DNA of 55,515 nt, from positions 1 through 55,515 of the forward strand of contig JAAZJX010000002.1 in NCBI GenBank assembly GCA_012800155.1, written 5' to 3'. Both the position numbers and the translations under genes were made by a program. Positions 16,559-25,076 of the stretch are shown here, piece after piece (position 1 is the stretch's first letter; each line of letters opens with the position of its first letter). The notes beneath the pieces are model-generated. The model searched no databases. It was not told where the DNA came from and was given only the letters and a program-made list of their open reading frames with translations. The stretch is from Candidatus Magasanikiibacteriota bacterium (lineage in GTDB: Bacteria > Patescibacteriota > Patescibacteriia > Magasanikbacterales > UBA922).

Positions 16559-17197
16559 ATGATAAATAAATTAGTTAGTATTATTATTCCTGTTTATAAA
16601 CATGAGCGTGAGCTTGAATTAGCTTTAGTATCTATAAAAAATCAGACTTATAAAAATATAGAAATTATTATAGAAAGAGATGAAAAACATGAAGGCGCGC
16701 CAGTAATGAGAAATCGTGGATTTAAGAAAGCTAAAGGTGAATATATAATATTTTGGGATGCAGATATTGTAGCTAAATCAGAAATGATTGAAAAAATGGT
16801 TGATAAATTAAATCAAAATCTTGATAAAGATTTTGTATATTGTAATCATTATTTTGGATTTAAAAAAATACCAGCTAGAGAATTTAATCTTCAAACTTTA
16901 CAACAAAATAATTACATTCATTCTACTAGTTTAGTTCGTCGTGAAGCTGTGGTAAAATGGGATAAAAATTTACATCGTTTCCAAGATTGGGATTTTTGGT
17001 TGACTTTGTCAGAAAAAGGAAGTAAAGGAATTTGGCTTAATGAATATTTATTTAAAATAATTTCACATGGTACTATGAGTTCTTGGTTGCCAAGTTTTGC
17101 TTATAAAAAACCTTGGAAATGGCTTCCCGGTATAAGTAAAAAAGTAAAAAAATATGAAATTTCTAAACAAATTGTAAAAAATAAACATTCAATTTAA
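16559..17197 (+). CDS. Glycosyltransferase family 2
   Basis: VSIIIPVYK N-terminus and the DxD motif (FWDADI), typical of a GT-A fold. Confidence 0.75.
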   Translation: MINKLVSIIIPVYKHERELELALVSIKNQTYKNIEIIIERDEKHEGAPVMRNRGFKKAKGEYIIFWDADIVAKSEMIEKMVDKLNQNLDKDFVYCNHYFGFKKIPAREFNLQTLQQNNYIHSTSLVRREAVVKWDKNLHRFQDWDFWLTLSEKGSKGIWLNEYLFKIISHGTMSSWLPSFAYKKPWKWLPGISKKVKKYEISKQIVKNKHSI

Positions 17198-17207
17198 TTG
17201 AATGTTT
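17183..17207. terminator. Perfect 25-nt AT-rich palindrome at a convergent gene junction (probable bidirectional terminator)
   Basis: AAACATTCAATTTAATTGAATGTTT is a perfect palindrome that overlaps the GT2 stop codon. It is closely related to the palindrome at 25081-25105. Confidence 0.45.
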
Positions 17208-17229
17208 AAAAGCTTTAAGAATTTTTAAT

Positions 17230-18660
17230 TTAATTATATTTATATTTTTTAATTATTACTAAAATAAAAACAAAATAAAGAATACCAAAACCTTGAAATA
17301 AAGCGGGAGTAGTAATATTGATTATAAATAAAGAAATAGCTCCAGCTAACAATCCTTGTAAAAAAGGATTTTTTGTTGACTGATTTTTAAAATAAGCTAA
17401 TTTAAATAAATAATAAAGAATAATTCCAATAGTACCAATAAAAATTGCAGTACCAATAAAACCTAGTTCAGCTATCATTTCCAAATAACCCCAATCAAAT
17501 TGAGTACGACTGACTGTCTCATGAGTTAAAGGATCTGGATAAGATACTGTTGTGGCTAATCCAGAACCAAAATAAGGATGTGTTTTAATAGTATTAAAAA
17601 TATCTGGTAGCATGGCCATTCGGATAGCTCCACTTAAATCAGCTTCTGGTGTTTTAATAGCGTTAATTTTTATTCCCCATAATTCTAATCCTAAAGAAGT
17701 AAATTGACTAGCTATTAAATTTAATGATAAAAAAATTGTGATTGTCAAAATACCAATAATAAACATGGTCTTAATCCAGGATTTAAAAGAGTTTTTGTAA
17801 ATTAAAATTAAAGAGCCAATCGCTAAAGCTAAAAAATAAATTCTAGAAAAATTTAAATTAAGAATAATTAACAAAGTAATTAACAAACTCCAAGCTAATT
17901 TATTTTTGGTATTTTGAATTAATTGAGCTGTTAAAATTAAAATTAAAGGAATAATAAAAAGTTGTTCTGGTAAAACTATTCTAAAAAAATTATTTCCTAA
18001 ATCAGTAATTTTTCCTGAAGCAATATTACGAAACCAGTGATAATAAAAATCTGGTAAATTTCCTAAATGACTGGAATAAATAATAAAACTTATAAGAGAA
18101 AAAATTGCTGTTCCAATAATAAAAGTTTTTATTAAATTTATGAAAAAATTTTTATTTATTTTATCTTCTTGCTCTAAAGCTGGTAAAAATAAAAGTAAAA
18201 AGAAATATAATATAGCATCTTGTAAAACTAATTTCAAACCATGTCCATGGATTATTCCTAATAAAATAGATAAAATAATTATTATTCCTGAAATACTTAA
18301 ACCAATTAAAATTGGTTTGGGTAATTTTATTTCTATTTTTTGTTTTTTTATTTTTTGAATTAACCAAGTTATAGCTAATATTCCCAAAAGCCAAGTACGA
18401 ATTATCAATCCTTGAAATTCTAGAAAATGTCCTGCGCCATTTAATAATAATTCTGTTATCAAGATTGTCCAAGCTTGAGTAAAATTTTTAAAAGCAATAA
18501 AACAAAACAAGATTATTAAAAAACAAGTGACAACTTGATTTGGAAGTGGATGGTGGTAAGTAATTAAAGAAAAAATTCTTATTAAAAAATAAACCCCTAA
18601 TAGCCAAATAGCGGGTTTTTGTATGAAAAATAATTTAAGCTTATTAAATAAATTTTGCAT
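17230..18660 (-). CDS. O-antigen ligase / O-antigen polymerase family (Wzy_C-like) membrane protein
   Basis: At least 10 TM helices with one larger loop (PEADLSGAIRMAMLPDIFNTIKTHPYFGSGLATT), typical of the Wzy_C/WaaL family. It lies next to the flippase and GT cluster. Confidence 0.6.
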   Translation of the reverse strand: MQNLFNKLKLFFIQKPAIWLLGVYFLIRIFSLITYHHPLPNQVVTCFLIILFCFIAFKNFTQAWTILITELLLNGAGHFLEFQGLIIRTWLLGILAITWLIQKIKKQKIEIKLPKPILIGLSISGIIIILSILLGIIHGHGLKLVLQDAILYFFLLLFLPALEQEDKINKNFFINLIKTFIIGTAIFSLISFIIYSSHLGNLPDFYYHWFRNIASGKITDLGNNFFRIVLPEQLFIIPLILILTAQLIQNTKNKLAWSLLITLLIILNLNFSRIYFLALAIGSLILIYKNSFKSWIKTMFIIGILTITIFLSLNLIASQFTSLGLELWGIKINAIKTPEADLSGAIRMAMLPDIFNTIKTHPYFGSGLATTVSYPDPLTHETVSRTQFDWGYLEMIAELGFIGTAIFIGTIGIILYYLFKLAYFKNQSTKNPFLQGLLAGAISLFIINITTPALFQGFGILYFVFILVIIKKYKYN

Positions 18661-18667
18661 AATTAAT

Positions 18668-19603
18668 TTATTTGTTTTTTATAAAACCATTGATAAAATT
18701 TTGAGCACTCATTGGTTTATTACCTTCAAGTTGCAATTCTAAAATTTCTATTGATTCATTATTTCCACAGCCAATAAACAATTTATTATTTTCAATTTTT
18801 ATTTTTTTATTTTCTAGTTGTTGTTTTGATGGTTTTATTTTTAATAATTTTATTCTTTTGTTTTTTGGTAAATTAGATTTTAATTCATCGGTCATCGTCC
18901 AAATTCCTGGCCAAGGTGTTAGACCTCGATATTGATTATAAATTGTTTGAGCAGATAAAAACCAATTTATTTTACCATCAGTTCGATTAAATTCTCGACA
19001 AAAAGTAGCTTGAGCATTATTTTGAGTTTGAGGTTTTAATTTACCTTCAATATAAGGAAAAATAGCCTCAGAAAGGCTTAAAATTGCGATTTGAGAGAGT
19101 TTTTGTTCTAAATCAAGGAAAGTATCATCTGGTTCTATGGGAAGGCTTTTTTGTAAAATAATTGGTCCAGTATCTAAACCTTTATCCATTTTCATAATAG
19201 TAATACCAGTTTTAGTTTCATTGTTTAATAAAGCTGATTGAATAGGTGAAGCGCCTCGATATTTTGGCAATAGGGAAGTGTGGACATTTAGAATACCAAA
19301 TTTTGGTGTGTCTAAAATATGTTGTGGAATAAGTAGACCATATTGAGCACAAATACCTAAATCAAAAGTTCCTAAAGTTTTTAAAGCAAAAGTTTTAAGT
19401 GAAGTTGGTTGTAGTATTTTTAAATTATATTTTTCTGCTAAAATTTTTACAGGTGGGGGAGTTATTATTTTTTTTCTTCCACTTGGTTTATCTGGTTGAG
19501 TAATTACCAAATCAATAGAAAGTTGAGGATTATCAATTAGACTTTGTAATATTTTGACTGCAAAATCATGAGTACCAAAAAAAATTGTAGATATTTTATT
19601 CAT
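18668..19603 (-). CDS. fmt: Methionyl-tRNA formyltransferase
   Basis: I moved the start to the ATG at 19603 (MNKISTIFFGTHDFAV...), which removes the overlap with def. Motifs: GILNVHTSLLPKYRGASPIQ (formyltransferase HxSLLP motif) and the C-terminal Fmt domain. Confidence 0.9.
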   Translation of the reverse strand: MNKISTIFFGTHDFAVKILQSLIDNPQLSIDLVITQPDKPSGRKKIITPPPVKILAEKYNLKILQPTSLKTFALKTLGTFDLGICAQYGLLIPQHILDTPKFGILNVHTSLLPKYRGASPIQSALLNNETKTGITIMKMDKGLDTGPIILQKSLPIEPDDTFLDLEQKLSQIAILSLSEAIFPYIEGKLKPQTQNNAQATFCREFNRTDGKINWFLSAQTIYNQYRGLTPWPGIWTMTDELKSNLPKNKRIKLLKIKPSKQQLENKKIKIENNKLFIGCGNNESIEILELQLEGNKPMSAQNFINGFIKNK

Positions 19604-19607
19604 TTCA

Positions 19608-20087
19608 TTAATCAATAGTATAAATTCCTCGAGCTTTATCAATAAATAATATTCCGTCTAGATGATCTATTTCATGTTGAATTACTCTAGCAAAAAAATT
19701 ATGAGCTTCAAATTTAATTTCTTCACCTTTTTCATTCCAAGCTTTTACTAAAATATCTTTGTAACGAGTTACTTTACCATAGGTTTTTGGTACGGAAAGA
19801 CAGCCTTCTAAATCAGTTTCTTTTTTTCTTGAAATTTTTTCAAAAATTGGATTGATTAAAATTAGATCATTTTTTTTATCTGGTGTAGCTTGTCGTCCAA
19901 TAATACAAAAACGGATATTTTGACCAACTTGAGGAGCAGCAATACCAATACCGTCATCGTGATACATAGTGGAAATAATATTTTTTAATAAATTTTTAAA
20001 TTCTTTACTATTTAAAAAATTTTTTTCAATTTCTTTTGAACGCTGACGAAGAGAAGTAGCAGGTAAAGTAACAATTGGTAAGATCAT
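19608..20087 (-). CDS. def: Peptide deformylase
   Basis: The three metal-binding motifs are present: GIGIAAPQVG, EGCLS, HEIDHLDG. Confidence 0.93.
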   Translation of the reverse strand: MILPIVTLPATSLRQRSKEIEKNFLNSKEFKNLLKNIISTMYHDDGIGIAAPQVGQNIRFCIIGRQATPDKKNDLILINPIFEKISRKKETDLEGCLSVPKTYGKVTRYKDILVKAWNEKGEEIKFEAHNFFARVIQHEIDHLDGILFIDKARGIYTID

Positions 20088-20362
20088 ATTTTTTTATTTT
20101 TTGTTTTGGCTTGATTTATTTGTTTAGCTTTCCAGAAAAATAATTTACCCGGACTAGTAACCTTTGAATCTTTAATTTCTGCAAAAATTCTTCTCGCTTC
20201 AGTAACACCAATTTTATTTATTAAACCTAAATACATGGCAAATTTTTTTCTTTCACCAAAAGCTGATGAAATAACATCAGTCCAATAGTGAACTTCAGAA
20301 TGAATATTTTTATTTTTTTTAGGAGTAATTTTATTATCTAAAATTTTTGAAATATCTTCCAT
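20084..20362 (-). CDS. Hypothetical protein (92 aa), translationally coupled to def
   Basis: Clean ORF whose stop overlaps the def start (ATGA). No motif I recognise. Confidence 0.4.
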   Translation of the reverse strand: MEDISKILDNKITPKKNKNIHSEVHYWTDVISSAFGERKKFAMYLGLINKIGVTEARRIFAEIKDSKVTSPGKLFFWKAKQINQAKTKNKKI

Positions 20363-20382
20363 ACTTTCTAATTAATAATTAA

Positions 20383-21171
20383 TTAGAAAACAAAATTTCC
20401 TACTAAATAACCAACTCCAAAAGGGAATTCGTAAGAATAATTTTTGAATTCATAATCCATATTTTTGAGTACTCCAAGTAAAATTAAAATAGAACGATAA
20501 CCACATTGAGCAGCGTCTTCTACAAATTTTTCATCCATATTAACAATACCAGCAGTATTTCTAGTTTCTAAAAGTTCAATCAATTTATTATCAAATTCTT
20601 TTCCTGTAGGAGCAATTCCTGCTGGAGAATTTTCTGTTAGACCATGAGAGAGGTCAGCAGAAGCAATCACGGCAACACGTTTTTCAGTATTCATAATTAT
20701 TTCTTTGAGCATATAACCAAAATCAAGATGTTTTTTATTACTCAATTGTGAATAGCCAATTGGTAAAATTTTTACATTAGGGAGATGTTTAGTTAACAAA
20801 AATAAAGGAACCGCAGAGCCATGGTCTAAAATTTCTTCGCCAATCATACGCAAAGGTGTTTGATTTTTATTATAGCCATAGTCTATTTTAGAAATTATTT
20901 CTAAATCTCCAGACCATTCTTTTTTTGTCTCTAAATCTCCAAATTCTTTAAAATTAGAAACAAAATTAGTATGAGCATTGATAGTAAAAGCATCGGCAAA
21001 ATAACTACCGTGGGGGGAGATAATAAAAATAATATCTGGTTTAGCAAGATAAAGATCTTGTTCTAGTTTTTCTAAAGCTAAACTAGTTTTTTTTACTTTT
21101 TCTGTTTCCTCTTTTCCAATATTTGGTATAAGTAATGGTGGATGAGGAGTGATAGCAGCGAAGACTAACAT
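20383..21171 (-). CDS. Class III extradiol dioxygenase / MEMO-like (LigB superfamily) protein
   Basis: The N-terminal AAITPHPPLLIP motif and downstream His/Asp ligand candidates (SPHGS, LDHGSAVP, ADLSHG) resemble the LigB/AmmeMemoRadiSam-B superfamily. The assignment is tentative. Confidence 0.45.
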   Translation of the reverse strand: MLVFAAITPHPPLLIPNIGKEETEKVKKTSLALEKLEQDLYLAKPDIIFIISPHGSYFADAFTINAHTNFVSNFKEFGDLETKKEWSGDLEIISKIDYGYNKNQTPLRMIGEEILDHGSAVPLFLLTKHLPNVKILPIGYSQLSNKKHLDFGYMLKEIIMNTEKRVAVIASADLSHGLTENSPAGIAPTGKEFDNKLIELLETRNTAGIVNMDEKFVEDAAQCGYRSILILLGVLKNMDYEFKNYSYEFPFGVGYLVGNFVF

Positions 21172-21195
21172 ATAAAAATATTTAAAAATAATAAT

Positions 21196-23427
21196 TTATA
21201 ATTTTTCCATTGTCCAGAGGGATAATCTTTCTGGTTCTGCAAAACGGTTTTTATAATCAGGATTACCCATTGTAATAATAATAAATTTTTTATTATCACT
21301 TTTTCTTTCTATAATCATTGCTAAACAAGCGCCTGCTTCATTTAAATATCCAGTTTTGCTAGTAATAATATTAAAAGGTAAACCATCTTTGTTCATTAGT
21401 TCATTACTATTATAATCATAATGTCTAGGTTTATTGTCAAGATCTTTGATTTCATTATAATCATAATATTTTGTTCCTAAATATTTTTTCATGTCAATAT
21501 TTTTAGAAACATTTTTGAAAATTTTTAGATATTCTCTAGCTGTAGTAACATTACCAAGATCATAACCAGAAACATCAGTAAATTTTGTTTTGTTCAATCC
21601 CCAGTCAATAGCTTGTTTATTCATTTCTTTGATAAATAGTTTTTCATCTGGCTCTACATAATTGACTAGCATTTTGGCAGGGGTATTGATAGAGGAGACT
21701 AACATAGAATTTAACAAATCTTTATTATAAATTTGTTCACCTTCAACAATTCTAAAATTATGGTAAACAGATTGATGACGATCAGCTTGATAAGTATTTT
21801 TTCCTTCTATATTTATTCCTTTTTTAAATAATAAATAACCAGTCATTACTTTAGTAAAACTAGCCATAGGTCTTATTTCATCAATATTTTTTCCAGTTAA
21901 AATTTCTTCAGTTTCATAATCAGCTACTAAATAAGTGTTTATATCAGTAACAAAACCATTATTTATGTAAACACTTTCTTCTTCTGGAGTAAGGTTTATT
22001 TTAGTAGTATCTGATTTAGTGAGAGTGTTAATTTCTTTAGTAATCATTCTAGAAGGAAGATAAAGAGGCTGTCCAGTAGGAATATTTATACCTGTTAATT
22101 GATCTATCCAAACAATATTAGTCCATTTGAATCCATAAGCATTAAAAACCTGTTCATCAAAAATATGTCTTTTTTTACCATTTTCTACTACATAAATTTT
22201 ATTATCATTTTCAATACCAAAAATACTTCCATCTTTTAATTTTACTAATTCACCAATTTTATAATTAGTTAATTCTTTTAAATTTATTTTTTCTTCAATT
22301 AAATTTGGAAAATTTACTTTGGCAATATCAGGATCAGTGATAGGGAAGAGAGTATTATCTTTGAGATAATATAAATTATTATTTTCTTTTACACGCAAAA
22401 GTTTACCAACAAAATTTGTAGTATCCACAGTAATTTTTTGTCCTATAATATAGCCAGCTAAATCAGATTCATTAACATCTAAAATTTCATCAGGATGATA
22501 GCCTAAAGTTTTTACAGTATTTGCATTTTCAAAAGGACGAATAGTATCAAAGTCAACTAAATAATATTGTGAATTTTGTCTGAGAATAGAATAATTTGGA
22601 AAATTAAGTTCAATTCCATCTGGGTAATTAGCTAGTTCAGAATCACTTACTTCTATTACCATTTTGATATCAAAACGGCTCAAAAGTACACTCATATTTT
22701 TTATATTGCGTTTTTTACCATCTTGGATTAAATAAATATTTGCAGAAGTTTGAGCTTTTAACAAAGAACCATCAGGATATACTTGACTAAACCAATCATT
22801 CCAGAGTTTCCAAAAATTTTTATTACCCTGTATATGTGGTGTATAAGTATATAAAAATGCCGTAGCTTTATTTTTTGGTATTATTAATTGATTATCTATA
22901 ATATAAGAAATATTTGGTCTTTTAATCCAAATTTCTTTGGACATATTTTCATAATACCAGCGTATAATACCTGCGGCAGCATCAATTTGTTTTCCAAAAC
23001 CAATGTTATTTAAATAAGTTGTACAGGTCCAACCACAACCATCAGATATTCCATAACCAGTTGCTCCATTTAATTGTTTTTCTGTGGGATTTTTAGCAGT
23101 AATGAGACTTTGTTCTTTTTGAAGTTTAACTAAAAGATATTTTGGATTTATTTGATGTTCTCGAGCTGCGCGAGCGATAATATCTGAGGCAGTTCTGGTA
23201 ATTCCTTCTTTATCTTTAGTTTTATAATTAGCTAAAAAACTATTTTTATCTACTAAAAAAGCCTGTATATCAGCTCTTTCCATAGATTGCCAATTTTGCA
23301 TTTCTTCGTCAGAAATAAGATTGTGAGGATTGAAATTATCTTCAGTTGTAGCTAAAATATGGGTAGGAAAAATAAAAAAACCCAACAATATAATAAATAA
23401 AGTTATTTTTTTAGCTAATTTATACAT
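21196..23427 (-). CDS. Secreted D-alanyl-D-alanine carboxypeptidase (peptidase S11, PBP5-like) with a large N-terminal extension
   Basis: I moved the start to the ATG at 23427 (MYKLAKKITLFIILLGFFIFPTHILA signal peptide). The C-terminal roughly 240 aa carry SxxK (MASFTKVM), SxN (VSSINTP) and KTG (SKTGYLNEAG). The N-terminal roughly 480 aa are unassigned. Confidence 0.75.
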   Translation of the reverse strand: MYKLAKKITLFIILLGFFIFPTHILATTEDNFNPHNLISDEEMQNWQSMERADIQAFLVDKNSFLANYKTKDKEGITRTASDIIARAAREHQINPKYLLVKLQKEQSLITAKNPTEKQLNGATGYGISDGCGWTCTTYLNNIGFGKQIDAAAGIIRWYYENMSKEIWIKRPNISYIIDNQLIIPKNKATAFLYTYTPHIQGNKNFWKLWNDWFSQVYPDGSLLKAQTSANIYLIQDGKKRNIKNMSVLLSRFDIKMVIEVSDSELANYPDGIELNFPNYSILRQNSQYYLVDFDTIRPFENANTVKTLGYHPDEILDVNESDLAGYIIGQKITVDTTNFVGKLLRVKENNNLYYLKDNTLFPITDPDIAKVNFPNLIEEKINLKELTNYKIGELVKLKDGSIFGIENDNKIYVVENGKKRHIFDEQVFNAYGFKWTNIVWIDQLTGINIPTGQPLYLPSRMITKEINTLTKSDTTKINLTPEEESVYINNGFVTDINTYLVADYETEEILTGKNIDEIRPMASFTKVMTGYLLFKKGINIEGKNTYQADRHQSVYHNFRIVEGEQIYNKDLLNSMLVSSINTPAKMLVNYVEPDEKLFIKEMNKQAIDWGLNKTKFTDVSGYDLGNVTTAREYLKIFKNVSKNIDMKKYLGTKYYDYNEIKDLDNKPRHYDYNSNELMNKDGLPFNIITSKTGYLNEAGACLAMIIERKSDNKKFIIITMGNPDYKNRFAEPERLSLWTMEKL

Positions 23428-23497
23428 ATTTTTTACTAAGATATTATAACAAATTTTAACAGTTTTGTGAACTGTGAACAAAATTTATTTAAGTTAC

Positions 23498-23526
23498 TTG
23501 ACAATGAACTTGAAAAATGCTATTTT
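23498..23526 (+). promoter_or_regulatory. Extended -10 sigma-70-like promoter of the GC-rich insert gene
   Basis: TTGACA (23498-23503), 17-nt spacer ending in TGC (TGn extension), then TATTTT (23521-23526). Confidence 0.55.
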
Positions 23527-23530
23527 AAAG

Positions 23531-23549
23531 TGTTACTATGTATGTAACA
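23531..23549 (+). promoter_or_regulatory. Operator-like inverted repeat at the predicted transcription start
   Basis: TGTTAC (23531-23536), 7-nt spacer, GTAACA (23544-23549). It lies immediately downstream of the -10, the classic position for a repressor. Confidence 0.4.
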
Positions 23550-23611
23550 TTTTGTTTTTGTTCTTTTTATTTTTGCGTAAAAATAATACGCTTAACCAAT
23601 GGAGGTAAAAA

Positions 23612-24943
23612 ATGAATAGTCAGCTACTGAACGGACAATTTCCTTATCTTCAGTCTGGTCAGGTTTATGCTGACTGGACTGGAGCGGCTTTGCCACCCGT
23701 GTCTTTAATTGACGAGTGGTCAGATCATTTACGTAATATTCTGTTAGGAAATCCTCATTCTGGTCACGAACCATCATTGCGGGCAGCTGAAGAAATTGAA
23801 GCAGCTCGGGAAGCTGTACTTCAGTTTTTAAATGCAGACCCAAAAGAATATGAGGTTATTTTCACTAGCGGAGCAACGGAAGCCATCAGACTCTTAGAGC
23901 ATTACAACTTTGGGGTTGGTGGACAGCTTCTTCTTACGGCTGATAATCATAATTCAATAAATGGATTACGAGAAACAGCTAAGAGATCTGGAGCTATATT
24001 TACTTATGCTCCGATCAAAGGTGTAGGAGAAGGATTGGTTCTTGACACGCAGGAATTAACCCGTCTGCTCAATTATCCACGTTCTAGATATGGAAATAGA
24101 CTTTTTGCTTATCCTGCAAAGAGCAATTATTCCGGTAATTTGCATTCTTTGCATTGGGTAGATTATGCCCATAGACGTGGATGGGATGTCCTTTTGGACG
24201 CAGCAGCTTTCTTGGCTAATGATCAGTTGGATTTAAGTCAGGTGAAACCTGATTTTGTTCCGATCAGTTTTTATAAGCTGTTTGGATTTCCAACTGGTGT
24301 TGGGGCTTTGGTGATTCATCGTCGGATGTTTACCAAGCTTCACAAGAAATGGTTCACGGGTGGTCCCATCATGTTGGTATCAGTTCAACGTGATTTCTTT
24401 GTACCAGATGCTCGTGGAGCAACTCGGTATGAAGATGGTAGCCCGAACTTCGGGATGATTGGGGCTGTGAAGAACGGACTGGATTTTCTAAATTCTCTTG
24501 GAGGAGATCGCAAAGCTCATGCAGTAGCAATAGCAAATGATGTCTGGGATATTCTTTATGAAACAAAAGAAAATAGTAATGCCCAGATTATCATTCATAC
24601 TCCTAGAGGAAATGATATTATCGCCTTCAGTGTGGTGAAGGATGGTAAGATTATTAATCCAGGACTGTTTGAAAAAATGACAAGTGATAGGGGTTTTTTT
24701 GTTCGCGTGGGTTGTTTTTGTAATCCAGGCGTCAACGAAAAAATACATGGATACTCTGTAGATGAAGTTATTCCGCGTGCAACTGACGAAGTTATTTTTG
24801 GTTTGGAAGAAATCAAAAGAAGGCGTCAATATTTTGCGAGAACAGCGGTAGGCTCTATTAGAGCATCCTTTGGTTATTCTAATAGCACTATTGATGTTAT
24901 TAGAATTTCAGGACATATGAAAAATATCTTGCGAGAGATTTAA
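23612..24943 (+). CDS. Class V aminotransferase-fold PLP enzyme resembling the N-terminal (cysteine-desulfurase-like) domain of molybdenum cofactor sulfurase; no MOSC domain
   Basis: Strong SD (GGAGG, 23601-23605) ahead of the ATG at 23612. Motifs: LGNPHSGHEPS, VIFTSGATEAIRLL, NHNSINGLRE, YPAKSNYSG, LLDAAAF, PISFYKLFGFPTGVGALVIH (Schiff-base Lys) and GSIRASFGY. G+C is far above the flanking DNA. Confidence 0.75.
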   Translation: MNSQLLNGQFPYLQSGQVYADWTGAALPPVSLIDEWSDHLRNILLGNPHSGHEPSLRAAEEIEAAREAVLQFLNADPKEYEVIFTSGATEAIRLLEHYNFGVGGQLLLTADNHNSINGLRETAKRSGAIFTYAPIKGVGEGLVLDTQELTRLLNYPRSRYGNRLFAYPAKSNYSGNLHSLHWVDYAHRRGWDVLLDAAAFLANDQLDLSQVKPDFVPISFYKLFGFPTGVGALVIHRRMFTKLHKKWFTGGPIMLVSVQRDFFVPDARGATRYEDGSPNFGMIGAVKNGLDFLNSLGGDRKAHAVAIANDVWDILYETKENSNAQIIIHTPRGNDIIAFSVVKDGKIINPGLFEKMTSDRGFFVRVGCFCNPGVNEKIHGYSVDEVIPRATDEVIFGLEEIKRRRQYFARTAVGSIRASFGYSNSTIDVIRISGHMKNILREI

Positions 24944-24974
24944 TTTCTCTTACTTTCATTGGTTGAAAAAGGGG

Positions 24975-25003
24975 AAAGAGTGTTCCACACAAACACTTTT
25001 TCT
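24975..25003 (+). terminator. Weak hairpin plus T-run in the 3' UTR of the insert gene (leaky terminator or 3' stabiliser)
   Basis: AGTGTT (24979-24984) / AACACT (24992-24997), loop CCACACA. The stem is extended by A-T pairs, and TTTTT overlaps its 3' side. Confidence 0.35.
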
Positions 25004-25008
25004 CCTAC

Positions 25009-25072
25009 AACCTCTAACAATGATTTTGTTACTGATGAGTCCAAAAAAGTTTAAGATAAAGGACGAAAGGTT
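25009..25072 (+). ncRNA. Hammerhead self-cleaving ribozyme, type III topology
   Basis: Layout: stem III AACCU (25009-25013) / AGGUU (25068-72); cleavage-site C17 at 25014; stem I UAACAA (25015-20) / UUGUUA (25026-31) with loop UGAUU; core CUGAUGA (25032-38); stem II GUCC (25039-42) / GGAC (25061-64) with an 18-nt A-rich loop; GAA (25065-67). All invariant core positions are satisfied, along with A15.1-U16.1, G10.1-C11.1 and an NUH triplet (CUC). Confidence 0.85.
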
Positions 25073-25076
25073 AATT

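Noticed and set aside
25011-25037. Possible integron attC site (TCTAAC ... GTTACTG inverted repeat at the 3' end of a single-gene cassette).
   Set aside because: The arms do not fit the RYYYAAC / GTTRRRY cores. The same nucleotides are fully explained as stem I of the hammerhead. No integron integrase is present in the window.
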